Part shown: in pieces, positions 15,645 to 29,863 of the stretch
How the letters are laid out: each line of letters starts with the position of its first letter
How positions within the stretch are numbered: position 1 is the stretch's first letter
NCBI GenBank assembly: GCA_951406725.2
Contig: OX597824.1
Coordinates: forward strand, 90,520,001 to 90,584,000
Direction of reading: 5' to 3'
Origin: Octopus vulgaris
Lineage: Eukaryota
DNA: 64,000 bases
Notes under the pieces: generated by a model
Seen by the model: the letters and a program-made list of their open reading frames with translations, nothing else
What the model was told of the DNA's origin: nothing
Database searches by the model: none
Translations under genes and position numbers: made by a program

Positions 15645-15765
15645 CACAAGGCTTTGGTCGACCCGAGGTTATAGTAGAAGACACTTGACCAAGGTTCCAC
15701 GCAGTAGGACTCAACTCGGAACCATGTGGTTGGTAAGCAAGCTACTTACCACAGAGACACTCTCC
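15645..15765 (-). mobile_element. SINE family A 5' fragment
   Basis: cacaaggctttggtcgacccgagg...ttaccacag. Confidence 0.8.
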
Positions 15766-16905
15766 TTTGGAGTTTTCTTCAAGAAGAGATACATCGTTCT
15801 CTTGGATCTGGGTAAATTACGGAGATGATTTGCCATTTCCTTCGTTTCTGGTATATTCTTAAAGACACCGACTGTCTTGTTGGCTAGACACATACAAAGT
15901 TTGTCTTCTTGTCTTCTTAGAACGTAAAGTGCTGCGAGGAACACTACAAGGCGTTCTGTCTATCCTACCCTGGCTGAGATCTTCATTTGAAGAGCAATAA
16001 CCAGAGGGAGATCACCTGGTTCTCTCCTCCGCCTTCTCTATGTAGTCGATAGGTCTGCTAGAAATAGTAACTGAATTTCTCTCATACAACATCCTAACAT
16101 GTTACGAGGTGAAGACTGATAATGTGGTTCTTGACAAGCAATGACTGAGACGAGGATGGGATGGTCGTGGCTGGAAACAACTTTGATCACTCGAGGCTAA
16201 ATAACAACAGCAACAACAACATAAAGAGAGAAAGCGAGAGGGGGAGAGAGTGGGGGAGGTGGGGTTCATCTTAGTAAATAGATCGTACATTATTTTATCG
16301 ATCCATCAGCGACATATTGTATTCGAGCATTGTATATCAAGGACTGGATTATCCAATGTGGATTTATTTCCTGGAGAACACTGACTAAGCAGAGGTGTGA
16401 CACAAATCCTTTCAGCTGCTCTTATTAGGCCATAAAATGAAATTACCTTATCTAATGTAATCTTTCTTTCGTTGGAGATTTGGCTGCTATTTCTAGTACG
16501 ATATGCAACCACGTTGACTAAGGGAGTGGTTGGTATGCAAGGATAGTCACTGACAAATAGTTTGTAGGTACTTGGATTAAATAGAGGGTATTATGTATGG
16601 ATGGTTATATAAGGTTCAGACAATATGTGGATTGCGTTCAATGATTAGGAGAAATCATTATCTCACTCGCGTTCACTTGTATTGAGTACTAAATTTGAAG
16701 TTGGTTCACTTCGATGGAATAATTTTTTCTAACTAAGATGATGATGATGATGATGATGATGATGGAAATATAATATACGTATGAATATGTTTATGTATGC
16801 AAGGGTGTATGAACGCGCACATGCACGAAAACACGCAAACACACACACACACACGTGTGTGTGTGTTGGTATATGTGTATACACACGCACATATATATAT
16901 GTATG

Positions 16906-17055
<150 letters not shown>

Positions 17056-17140
17056 CATATATGTACTATGTATATGTATATTTGAATGTGCATATATATA
17101 TGCGAATATATATATATATATATATGTTCGCATGTGTATA

Positions 17141-17242
<102 letters not shown>

Positions 17243-17289
17243 TCTATGTATATATATTTTTTTGTGTTCAAATAATAATCAAATAATAA

Positions 17290-17405
17290 ATAATAGGCTT
17301 ACAAAGAATACGTCCTGGGATCGATTTGCTCGACTTAAAAGGCGGTGCTCCAGCGTGGTCGCAGTCAAGTGACTCAAACAAGTAAGAGGATAACAGAATA
17401 AAAGG
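17290..17405 (+). mobile_element. SINE family A 3' tail (further 3' halves at 20624-20782, 24520-24660 and 62105-62340)
   Basis: ggcggtgctccagc...gactcaaacaagtaag. Confidence 0.8.
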
Positions 17406-17447
<42 letters not shown>

Positions 17448-17491
17448 CACACAAACTACAATACATATAACATATATATACTATATATCAT

Positions 17492-17537
<46 letters not shown>

Positions 17538-17605
17538 CATTTATACACATCTACGTGTGAGAGAACAAACGAAGGAAAGAAAGTACATTTAGTAGGAGAT
17601 ACAAA

Positions 17606-17669
<64 letters not shown>

Positions 17670-17676
17670 ATATCTA

Positions 17677-17722
<46 letters not shown>

Positions 17723-17844
17723 CCTATATGTATATATATACACATACATACATATATATATGTATATCTCTTTATTTCTTTCTCTCTCGCTCCCTCTCTC
17801 TCTATACATACATACATACATACATACATTTATATATATAATAT

Positions 17845-17886
<42 letters not shown>

Positions 17887-18188
17887 TTTATAATGTATTA
17901 CTTAAGCTTAATTATAAACTATTACTTAAGCTTCCCATGAAATGATCTTTCATGCGGAATTCTACTTGGTGAAATTACTGATTACTTTTTAATTAATTAA
18001 TTTTACCCTTTTTTATTATATATATATATATATGAATTAATCCAACCCTGAATTTATATAAATAGACCGAATAATAGGTTGAGATTAAGGTGTATATATA
18101 AAGAAAAAGGGTAAATGCACAACCGGACAAGTGTGTTTGATGTTAAATGAACAGACTGAGTTTTACACACACACACACGCACACACAC

Positions 18189-18219
<31 letters not shown>

Positions 18220-18313
18220 TTTAAGGTGTATCTCGTTAAGAACGTATTAGAGTACCAAATAGAGCTCGTTTTTACCTTTAGAATTAGCAAATACCGAATT
18301 ACGGGGACAGCGA

Positions 18314-18436
18314 TTATATATCACCTGAGGAGATAAAACTGGGTCCCATTATACAGGTAAAGCGTTGCTTAATTTAAATGTAAGTCCTGTATACAAGTGG
18401 ACACATGTTGTATCGAAACATGTGTAGTGTTTATAA
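18314..18436 (+). ncRNA. Type-I hammerhead ribozyme with extended stem II (Penelope-like pLTR remnant)
   Basis: cac-CUGAGGA (18325-31)-gata...tatc-GAAAC (18415-19)-augu-GUA-gtg. Canonical core; stems I and II pair. Confidence 0.7.
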
Positions 18437-18474
18437 AATGACTGTTTAAAATTACTCCTTGTTGACTCTATTTA

Positions 18475-18508
<34 letters not shown>

Positions 18509-18529
18509 TAGATAGATATATAGATAGAC

Positions 18530-18560
<31 letters not shown>

Positions 18561-18814
18561 CAGATACACAGATAGATACATAGTTAGATAAAAAGAAATA
18601 CCCTGGAAAATTCATATATTCATACATACACACAAACACACACATATATATACATATAGACATATATATATATTCATATTTATGTGTACATATATACATA
18701 GATATATACAAATATATATACATATATATACATATATATATATATATGTATATCACATATATGTCTATAATATATATATATATATATGTATTTATATATA
18801 CCTACACGTCATAC

Positions 18815-18845
<31 letters not shown>

Positions 18846-19022
18846 GGTTATAATTGTATATTTCTGTAAGAGACTTGTAATTTCCATTTCTCTCATATCT
18901 ATATGAGTGTGTGTGTATATATATATATTATATATATATATCCACGTATGTATATAACTATATATATTAATATATATATAATATGCGGTGTGTGGGTGTG
19001 TGTATATATATATATGTAGGTA

Positions 19023-19107
<85 letters not shown>

Positions 19108-19554
19108 ACACATACACACACATTCGTACAGTGGAAAGTACATATACCAACATGTGCACACTTATATATCCATGCATATTAATATATTCCGAACGAAACG
19201 CACTTCACAAGAAAAAAAAAAACAAAAAAAAACAGGATAACAAAATAAAACAATATTCTATCATAATCACACAGAAAGAATATAAATGTCGTCTCTGTCT
19301 CCGAGTATGGCAGAGTATCTGGGGTATACGGGTACATGTGCACAGCATGTCAATTTGCGGGGTTAAAAGGGTATGTTTGCATGTGTGTGTCTATATGTGT
19401 ATATTGTACGTTCAGTGTTTATCTGCTGCTGGGTGACTTTTGAGAAGCGGTATATATGGAAATGACATGAACATCACATATTCCCCACACTAATGTCAGG
19501 TATATGTATGTGTGTGTATATACGTGTGTCTATCTATCTATCTATCTATCTCTC

Positions 19555-19649
<95 letters not shown>

Positions 19650-20294
19650 ATCTATCTATCTTTTTATCTATCTGTCTGTCTCTCTTTCTCTATATATATA
19701 TATCTGCCTGTCTATCTATCTATGCATCTATGTATCTATCAACTTATCTCTCTCTCTGTCTATCTGTGTGTGTGTGTATCTGTCTGTCTGTCTATTTCTC
19801 TCTCTCTCACTCTCTCTCACTCTCTCTCTCTCTCACTCTCTCTCTACACACACACACAAATATATATATAGAGAGAGAGAGAGAAAGAGAGAGAGAAAAA
19901 GGTAAATACGATGATAGACGGATATATATATTCATACATGTAAATATATATCCATATATATATGTATATGTGTGTATATATATATGTATATATATATATA
20001 TATATACATATGTATTTATGTGTGTATCAATATATATGGAGAGAGAGAGAGATAGATTGATAGAGAGATAGATTAGTCCATATGAATAGTTTTCTTCGAC
20101 CAGTGGTACATAATACAGCTATGTGTGTATATCAATATTCGTATAAAATGAATGTGTTATGCGTATGTATATTGAACACGTATACACACGCACACACACG
20201 CACACACGTATATATATATATCTACATGTGTATGTATGTATCTCTCCAAATCTGTCCGCGTGCGCGTGTAATTACGTACATACATACGTGCATA

Positions 20295-20337
<43 letters not shown>

Positions 20338-21197
20338 GTACCAAAGTCTGTGCAAGCATTTATGAATCTATAGATATACGCGTGTGTGTGCGCATGTGAT
20401 ATATTCTTACATACACACATACATATATACATAAATATATATAATCACACACACACACTTATACACATACACATGACTGATATATTCTTATGGAGGTATC
20501 CACTATCGGGTTGGTAGCAAAATTTGTCTCGTAGAATATGTGGTGCCTTCCAGCTATCTGCATTTTTTGTAATAAGAAAATACAAAATAATAACAAAAAA
20601 AAAAACAAAAAAAGAAATACGCAGTGTGTTTACGTCCCCGTAACTTAGCTGTCCGACTAAAGTGACCGACAGACTTAAGAAAAAGTTAGCACTGAGGTCG
20701 TTTCGCTTCTTTAAAATTCTTCATGGCGGTGCCCAACATGGTCGTAGTTCAATGACTGAAACAAGTAAAAGATAAAAAAGATTTAGTATAGTTTATATAA
20801 TACGTTGAAGCCACATAAACGCAGCGGTGCTGTAGCAGGACAATATTATAGTAAGATTATGTGTTTGGTGTTGTTTTACATGTTAAATTATTTGTTTTTT
20901 GATGTGAACGGGAATCCATGAGATAACAATTGTCTTTGTAGGAGCGGAGTCAAGTTCATAACAGAACACAGAGCTGTCAAAGGTGTTCTCCTCTCATACG
21001 CTACTTACAATACCGTTTGAATGAAGTCGAGCACTATCTCAAGAATCAGAGCTTTTAAAGAAATATAATTTTATTTGAAAATATGCATTGCCTGTCGCAG
21101 TATAAACTTTCAATCATCTTACGATTTCCAAAATTGACTGTGGATAAGTCAATTATACACAAGCATAATTATGTGCATATATGATATATGATATATG

Positions 21198-21259
<62 letters not shown>

Positions 21260-21273
21260 AGATATATATATAT

Positions 21274-21449
21274 AGTTAATCCAAACATGAAAGCACAAAA
21301 AAACACAACAACGCGAGGACGTGGAACAAGTATAGTGTTAGTGGACGCTCAGGAAGGAAGGGGAGAATGTGGATTTAACGTTTCGAGCGGAGCTCTTCGT
21401 CAGAAACATAGGAAAAGGAGAGATCCAAGGAAGGAAAGACGGAGGAAAA

Positions 21450-21450
<1 letters not shown>
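21274..21450 (-). mobile_element. Penelope-like pLTR remnant family G in (TA)n (relatives at 30898-31110, 32043-32220, 43700-43885 and 49308-49375)
   Basis: Shares aacgcgaggacgtggaac...gacgctcaggaa with the 30898 copy and contains a minimal hammerhead. Confidence 0.7.
21374..21406 (-). ncRNA. Minimal hammerhead ribozyme
   Basis: ttt-CUGACGA-a-gagc-ucc-gcuc-GAAAC-GUU-aaa. Canonical core with palindromic AACGUU. Confidence 0.75.
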
Positions 21451-21494
<44 letters not shown>

Positions 21495-22278
21495 ACCAGG
21501 TGGAGTTTAAAGTTTTCTTCGTATTCTAAGCTATAATGGATAGTTCGAATTACATACGAAATGTTTTTATTCATCAAAATGTGCTCATCATATTCTGTCG
21601 TCTGTTGCCCGACGTTGTGCCAGAAGCTCGGTTCCATGCTTATACCATTTGGCCTGGTTTAGAAGCGAAAATATCTCCGCACCCGTTTTCAACCCCATTC
21701 ACATTGTTGAATTTCCTTCTAAGCAGGAAATGGATTATGGCTCGAAAAAGGGGATGATCTGATGGTGCAAGGTGTGAAGTGTAAGTAGGGTGAATCAGCA
21801 CTTACAGGCCCTCAAGGAATTCAATTTTGCGCTTGGTCATAGTTGCAGTGTGCGCTGGGACATTGTGGTCTTGAAGAGAAGCGTGCGTCTTTCATTGAGC
21901 AATGCCGGGCAGCGGGCTTTCAAAGCATCAGACACTCGATGAAGTTGTTAAGCATAGACGTTAGCATTCACATCACGACCATCTGGGATAGATCTCCTGG
22001 CAATTCCAATAAACACACAACAAGACCTTCTGTTCAAACCGCCCTTGTTTGACGACAAGTTCTGAAGCCTGGTCCCGAACGAATATGCAGATTTCTCTTA
22101 TTAGGATTACAAAAATAGAACCGTTTTCACCCCCAGTTACAATTCATCGCCAAAAACGGACATCTCGAGGATTTGCCAGCAGTTGCTTGCAAATATTCAC
22201 ATGTTGTTGAGCCTGGTCATGAGGGACTTCTTGACACCGTCTGTTCACAAGGCCGAGCTCATGGAGAAGCGTCTTAAC
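21495..22278 (-). pseudogene. Decayed mariner transposase
   Basis: Minus strand reads IVTGGE (TGDE), QDHNVPAH (HDNARPH) and HPTYTSHLAPSDHPLF (HPPYSPDLAPSD). Confidence 0.8.
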
Positions 22279-22805
22279 TATTGGGTTGTCCGGAAAGTTC
22301 GTGCCGATTTTTAAAGGAAAGAAAAAGGTCAATAAATACTTGCCATTACATTTTTAATCAACTAAATATGAACCATTTTGTTGCACAATGTGTCTCCATC
22401 TTTCCTTTAACTTGAAAATACCCTCTTCTCAGAACTGAGGTGGTTTCATGGCAAAGAATTCATCAAGGTATCTTTTTACGTCATCCAAGAAATTGAAATT
22501 TTTACAATTAAGACTATTCTGCAGAGACCTGAATAAGTGGAAATCCGAAGGAGCAATATCTGGTGAATATGGAGGGTGGGGGTAACACATCCCAGCCGAG
22601 CTGCAGCAATTTTTGTCTGGTTCCCAAAGCATCAAGTGCCGAAAATGAACTTTCTTATCTTCCATTTTAAAGGGTTACAGAATTAACACAGGTTATAGGA
22701 ACATCAATCTTCTTCCACGAAACGATAGCTTAAATTGTGCTCTAAATGGAGGTGTAGTCAAATCCTATTTTATGGACTCAACCATGTTCTAAAATAAGTC
22801 GAAAA
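22279..22805 (-). mobile_element. Internally deleted mariner (mellifera-like) with one intact TIR
   Basis: TA + TTGGGTTGTCCGGAAAGTTCGTGCCGATTTT at 22279-22311. The N-terminal MEDKKVHFRHLML is joined closely to HPPYSPDIAPSDFHLFRSLQN. Confidence 0.9.
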
Positions 22806-22807
22806 GT

Positions 22808-23170
22808 ATGTGCATCTCTGACCACGAGCAAAAGTAGTGGAGGATCATCATAGCCGTGTGTTGAAAAGAATTCTTGGAGGTTTGGCTTATTCACTTTTGG
22901 AAACAGGTGGTTCGTTCAACATCCTAAAACAATCCTTATTCAGGGACCATATCAGCGGGATGGGCTATTCGACCAGAAGAAAATTCTAACTGGTCCCCAC
23001 CTGCAAGGTCATGTGCTGTTTATCTTGATATGAGATCACCATATCGCGCACATATGGTTGTGATGCATGTGCCTGGTGTACCCTTATCAGACGGGTAGTC
23101 ATGATGGGTATACTGCGCTTCGTATTGTTTACCCCAGTGTCACTTTGATGGCATGCACTGCTCTCTCACA
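22808..23170 (+). mobile_element. Repeat family D, 3' portion ending in (TAA)n
   Basis: Matches 11737-11905 in reverse; ends gcactgctctctcaca-taataat. Confidence 0.75.
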
Positions 23171-23182
23171 TAATAATAATAA

Positions 23183-23372
23183 AATCTCGAGAATAACATG
23201 GTACAAATAGGGGCTACAATATGGGCGGAGCACTTGCAAAAGACATCACTGCTTGGAACCGCTCGAATACTCCGGAAGGTGCTCGAAAAATAAGAGGTGT
23301 TACCTTAGTTCACTGGTAGTGAACAGCTGACACTGTTGTACATCACCAGCGTTAGGAGCAGTGCAAAGGCAC
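23183..23372 (+). mobile_element. R4/Dong-type non-LTR retrotransposon 3' end in (TAA)n
   Basis: NLENNMVQIGATIWAEHLQKTSLLGTARILRKVLEK* (23183-23293) is the typical R4/Dong C-terminus; short UTR; TAA repeats on both sides. Confidence 0.85.
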
Positions 23373-23392
23373 TAATAATAATTATTATTATG

Positions 23393-23477
<85 letters not shown>

Positions 23478-24696
23478 AAATAATTGATGAAGGAAACAGA
23501 AAATAGATCTAGCATTAGTCTTTACTCAGTACGATGATCGTTTCGACGAATCCTGCAACTGTACGTTTGTGTCACATCAGGTGCATGCATAAAGAAGGGG
23601 ATGCCCTGCCAGATACACTGAGATGTCCTAGGCATGTTGTTCTCGCCCCCTTGTATTTTCGTTATGCATATATTGAAAACACAACTATATTCCAGTCTAT
23701 TAATCCGCTTTATGGTCGTATTTCTTTATAAGACCTTTGCATTTGGAAAAATAACGCTTTAAAATTAATCTTATTGTGGTTTTCTGTCTCATTCTCAAGA
23801 TATGAAGTCATGCTGGCTTTTTATTTTTATTTCGAGCGCTTTTTAATGCAGACTTTATCGCCAATATTTGGCTATTAAAGTTACTCGTCATCAGTCACGT
23901 GCTTACTCTGTTTGTGACGTGTGAATTTTGTCTCTATTTTATTTATCTGGTTTGATGTAAGTATTACATAATTTATCTATGCTTCTTGGGAATTCAGTAT
24001 AGTATGGGTATATTAGCTGTTAATGCTTTCTATCTAACATTCTTTGTAGCGTAGTATTTTGCAATGGCTCGTTGTTGTAAATGCTTAGTGAGCCTCCGAG
24101 ATAGCCTTGTGCTCATATGGCCAAAGGTACGTGCATGATGACGTAATAATCTGACGGTCAAATTCTGGCGGTAAAGTTTGCACATATGTTCATCCATTAA
24201 AAATGAAGTAATACAGGAACCAACGCCGTATCTTATCCTGATGGTGATACTGAGATAGTCGGGAAAAATGCATTTTGGAGCATATTGTTCGAATTAAGCT
24301 GCAATGATCTTCAAACAGAATACTGGAAAACCCTATTGCAAGCTTAGGCAGGAATATAAACTTTTTATAACGCTGCACGCCCCATGCACAAACGCACACA
24401 CGTGACCTGAAGGCTAGGGTGTTGTACAACATCCTAGCATAAAATCGTGCTTTTAATTCCTTGACTGGACAATGAGTAGCGTTCTTCCGTGAAACATCTT
24501 CTCAGGTTACCCTGAGGTCTTAACGGTTCGGCAAAAGAGACCGATAGAATAAATACCAGGCTTCAAACATATATAAGTACTGTGTTCGATTCATTCTACA
24601 AAAAAGCGGTGCTCCAGTATGACCGCAATCTAACGACTGAAACAAGTAAGAGATAAAAGATGTACACACACACATATATATATATATGTATGTATA

Positions 24697-24861
<165 letters not shown>

Positions 24862-25892
24862 GTGTGTGGGGGGTGTTACGTTACAGAATTTAGAGAACGG
24901 TCTTTAGTTGGCTGCATTTAGATCTATTTTCAATTATCTTTAAGCTGCAGATGTGTTTGCTATCAAATAGTATTTTGTAATATCAATTACGTAAATTATG
25001 AAAGGAATCAATCTGACATAGTCTCTATTAACAACAACACCAACAACAACATCCGCCTTCTTTCTTTTTTGTTTTTTTTTTTGAGGAAAACATGGCGAAA
25101 CTAAGCTCGTCTGTCAAGTCATTTTACTACGATCACATATCACTCCGCCGACCACAGCACAACAACAACAACAATACGCCTTGTGGAAAAACTAACAAAA
25201 AAAAAAAAGAACTAGTAAAAGAAAACAAAAAAAAAAAACAAAGGGCAAATAATGTAGAAAACAAAATTAATGAAAAAGGGCAGAACTGTTTTCACCTTCC
25301 GCCATTAATTAATCCGTCCTAATTTGGCTATTTATTTAAATAATTGAAATAATTAGCAAAGGGCTTAACTTAAATAGGACGTTTAACGAAGCCTGCCATC
25401 TAGGTTTTTTTTTTCTTATTTACTTTTGAAATGTGTTGTCTGTTTGTTTGTTTGTTTAAAGAGAAGGTTTTATAAAGAAATTATGAGCAGGAGGATGTAT
25501 AAAAACTACCTGAAGATATTTCAGCTTATAATATGGAGGGAGAGGCAGGGCGGGAGCGGCAGCAGTTCACTTTCATCTCTCTCATTCTCTCTCAATCTCT
25601 CTCTCTCTCTCTCTCTCATTCTCTCATTCTCTCTTCTCTTCTCTTTCTCATCACTTCTTCTATTGCTCTTTTAATCTACAACCCACCCACCCCTTTCATC
25701 ATTTCCCATCTCCTTTCATCCTTGCTTTTTTGTCTCTTACATTATTTGTTTTGTGTCATACATTGCTTTTTTCTTTCTTTCTTTCTTTCTTTCTTTTCCC
25801 TTCTGTCTTTCTTTCTTTCTTTCTTTCTTTCTTTTCCCTTCCTTTCTTTCTTTCTTTCTTTCTCTATATATTTCTGCTTATTGTGTATGCCT

Positions 25893-26069
<177 letters not shown>

Positions 26070-26287
26070 GTCTACCATCCTTTCTTTAAACCTTTCTATT
26101 TTTCAGTCTTTCTACGTAACTTTCTATGTATGTACGTATACACGTATGTATGTATGTATGTATGTATGTATGTATGCATGTATGTATGTATGTATGTATG
26201 TATGTATGTATGTATGTATGTATGTATGTATGTATGTATGTATGTACATATATATATATCTATATATATATGTATATGTATGTATGG

Positions 26288-26330
<43 letters not shown>

Positions 26331-26930
26331 TATGTATATAAATATATATATATATATCCATCCATCCATCCGTCGATCATATACATCCATCACATCGACA
26401 CACACACACACACATATATATATATTACCTAACGTCCTGTTTGAATGCCTTTCATGTGTATGTCCGTATTAACGTATTGTCCTCTTGTTTTCTTTTCAAT
26501 CCTCAACAGAAAAATAGTATTAAATGGGAAGTTGTTTATTTATAAATTAATTAATAGTCATCTATATGCAAATTAGCATGTAAAGGTGCATGTTTTAAGT
26601 GTGGGTAACTGGTAGGTGGTATGTCCATGTATGTTTGTATATATGTATGTATGTATGTACGAATGTATGTATGAATGTATGTGTGTATGTGTGTGTGTGT
26701 ATGTATGTATGTATGTATGAATGTATGTATGTATGTATATGTGTATGTGTATATGTGTATGTGTATGTATGTATGTATGTATGTGTGTATGTATGTATGT
26801 ATGCATGTATGTATGTATGTACGTATGTATGTATATGTGTATGTGTATATGTGTATGTGTATGTATGTATGTATGTATGTATGACTGTATGTATGTGTGT
26901 ATGTGTGTGTGTATGTATGTATGTGTGTAT

Positions 26931-27225
26931 GTATTCGGTTCAAGATCGTAATGTCGTGAGTTCAATTCCAGGTGGTGCAGTGTGTCCTTGAACGAGACAC
27001 TTTACTTCCCATTCCTCTCCAGTCCACTCAGCTGGTAAAAATGAGTTGTACCTGTATTTCAAAAGGCCAGCCTTGTCATACTTTGTGTCATGCTGAATCT
27101 CCTTGAGAACTACGTTAAGGGTATACATGTGTCTGTGGAGTACTCAGCCACTTGCACGTTAATTTCACAAGTATCCTATTCCGTTGATCGGATCAACTGA
27201 AAGCCTCGTCGTCGTAACCGACGGA
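26931..27225 (+). mobile_element. tRNA/CORE-like SINE family B (other copies: 53811-54107 -, 41376-41552 -, fragment at 10575-10620)
   Basis: B box gagttcaattcc, then gtccttgaacgagacactttac...ccagtccactcagctg, and shared tail ...cgtaaccgacgga. Confidence 0.85.
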
Positions 27226-27231
27226 CACCCA

Positions 27232-27275
<44 letters not shown>

Positions 27276-27280
<5 letters not shown>

Positions 27281-27490
27281 GACAGAAGGCTTAAATAAAA
27301 TATATATATATTTGTGTCAAAATGTCTGGAGAATATAGGAAAAATTTTTTTCCCTTTCCTTAAAATGACATAATTTTAAAATTTTTAAAGAAATTACAGT
27401 TTCGCGTGTAGCTTTTCAATTTTTCCAATATTCTCCAGACATTTTGACAAAATATATATATTTTTTAACATTTAAGCCTTCTGTCGTTTT
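27276..27490. mobile_element. Inverted-repeat element (arms about 70 bp) with an internal hammerhead-like motif
   Basis: aaaacgacagaaggcttaaat...ggaaaaatt pairs with aatttttcc...atttaagccttctgtcgtttt. Confidence 0.75.
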
Positions 27491-27624
27491 TTCACGTGCT
27501 TTATTTCTTATATATATATATATATATATACATATATACACACATACAGAGATGAAAAATAAAGCCACGTATCCCGACACACACACATATATGTATATAT
27601 GTATGTATATATATGTATATATAT

Positions 27625-27689
<65 letters not shown>

Positions 27690-27855
27690 TGTGTGTGTGT
27701 GTGTGTGTGTGTATTTTATTATATATGTATATAAGCAAGTACGTATGTTTGTATACAGAGACACACAGACATACACACACATACACACATATACAAACAT
27801 ATACACAAACTTACATGAAAGTAATTTTTGAAGAGCATATGAATGTATGTATGTA

Positions 27856-27888
<33 letters not shown>

Positions 27889-28802
27889 GTATGTATGTGT
27901 GTGTGTATGTATGTATGTGTGTGTATGTATGTATGTATGTATGTACGTATGTATGTATGTATGTGTGTGTGTGTATGTATGTATGTGTGTATGTAAGTAT
28001 GTATGTATGTGTGTGTGTATGTATGTATGTGTGTGTGTATGTATGTATGTATGTATGTATGTATGTGTGTGTGTATGTATGTATGTATGTGTGTGTGTAT
28101 GTATGTATGTATGTATGTATGTATGCATGTATGTATGCATGTATGTATGCATGTATGTATGTATGTGTGTATTTATGTATGTATGTATGTATGCATGTAT
28201 ATATGCATGTATGTATGCATGTATGTATGTGTGTATTTATGTATGTATGCATGTATGTATGTGTTTATTTATGTATGTATGTATGTATGTATGTATGCAT
28301 GTATATATGCACGTATGTATGCATGTATGTATGTGTGTGTGTATTTATGTATGTATGTATGCATGTATGTGTGTATTTATGTATGTATGCATGTATGTAT
28401 GCATGTATGTATGCATGTATGTATGTGTATGAGTAAAATGCGTGTGTATCAGTCACGCATAGCATTATATAGGTGTATATCCGTGTCTATTCGCGTATAT
28501 AGGAGTCTATGTGTGTGTATGTGTGTGCGTACGTGTCAGACTAATCAACATTTTATGTGTATGTATGTGTATGTGTGTGTGTGTGCGTGCGTGCATGCGT
28601 TTAAATCTATTAAGCTGTCAGTCGAAGCCTAGCCTGAGGGCCAATAAGAATCGAACATCTGTGCGCACACACACACACGCGCGCACACACACAGACATAA
28701 CATCCTAGCAAGAGCTTTCATTAAATGTAGTCGTTGGTAAACGGGATGCATCTTACATCGTGTGTCATGCATATCGTGACAAATATATAAATTATATATG
28801 TG

Positions 28803-28879
<77 letters not shown>

Positions 28880-28934
28880 ATATATATATTGTGTGTATAT
28901 ATATATATATGTATACATATATATTTAAATATGT

Positions 28935-29056
<122 letters not shown>

Positions 29057-29136
29057 ATATATATATATATTCATGCATATATATTTAAATATGTATATAT
29101 ATATATATTCATGCATATATATTTAAATATGTATAC

Positions 29137-29191
<55 letters not shown>

Positions 29192-29213
29192 AGGTACTCA
29201 TACATATATATAA

Positions 29214-29327
29214 TTTATTATATAGAAGGAGTTACAGGACTAGAACTGTTTCATTCAAGAGAATCTTCAGGAAGAGCTTCTGAAGATTTCTCTTGAATGA
29301 AACAGTTCTAAGAACTCCTTCTATATA

Positions 29328-29333
<6 letters not shown>
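29214..29333. ncRNA. Back-to-back inverted pair of minimal hammerhead motifs
   Basis: Both strands read CUGAAGA-(u)uuc-ucuu-gaau-GAAAC-aguuc. The inverted arms are about 55 bp and lie in (TA)n. Confidence 0.6.
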
Positions 29334-29363
<30 letters not shown>

Positions 29364-29504
29364 AAGCACACACAAACACACACACACTCACACACACATA
29401 TGTGGGTGGTTATTTGTGCATGCACACTCATATATATGTATGAACCCAAAAATATATTCACATACGTGTATACATGCATGCATGCATATGCATACACACA
29501 CACA

Positions 29505-29560
<56 letters not shown>

Positions 29561-29863
29561 TACACATACACGTGTATATATGCATGTATATATTTACATA
29601 GCTTAACAAATACGGTGCAATATAAATTCTTGTTTTTGAGTTATTAAACTTTTATTCGCCTTTGGGGGATGTGTCACAATTATAAAATTGCAGGTAAGAA
29701 CATTTCTGTTGGAAAAGATGAGTTAAATTTAAGATCCAAGAATTCTCAAATAATCTCGAGATAAGAGTAGAGTGATAGACACGTGTTTATGCCTCAATAA
29801 TCATCAACCTGTTTTGTTTATACCGCTGTTGCTTGATTACAGAAGACGAGGTAGGAAATCTGA

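Noticed and set aside
24040-24420. Faint L1/Tx1-like RT resemblance
   Set aside because: It needs several frameshifts and has no intact motif; cannot be supported without a profile search.
25391-25406. CTCF-like site GCCTGCCATCTAGG
   Set aside because: A single partial match lacking the TGG end of the consensus.
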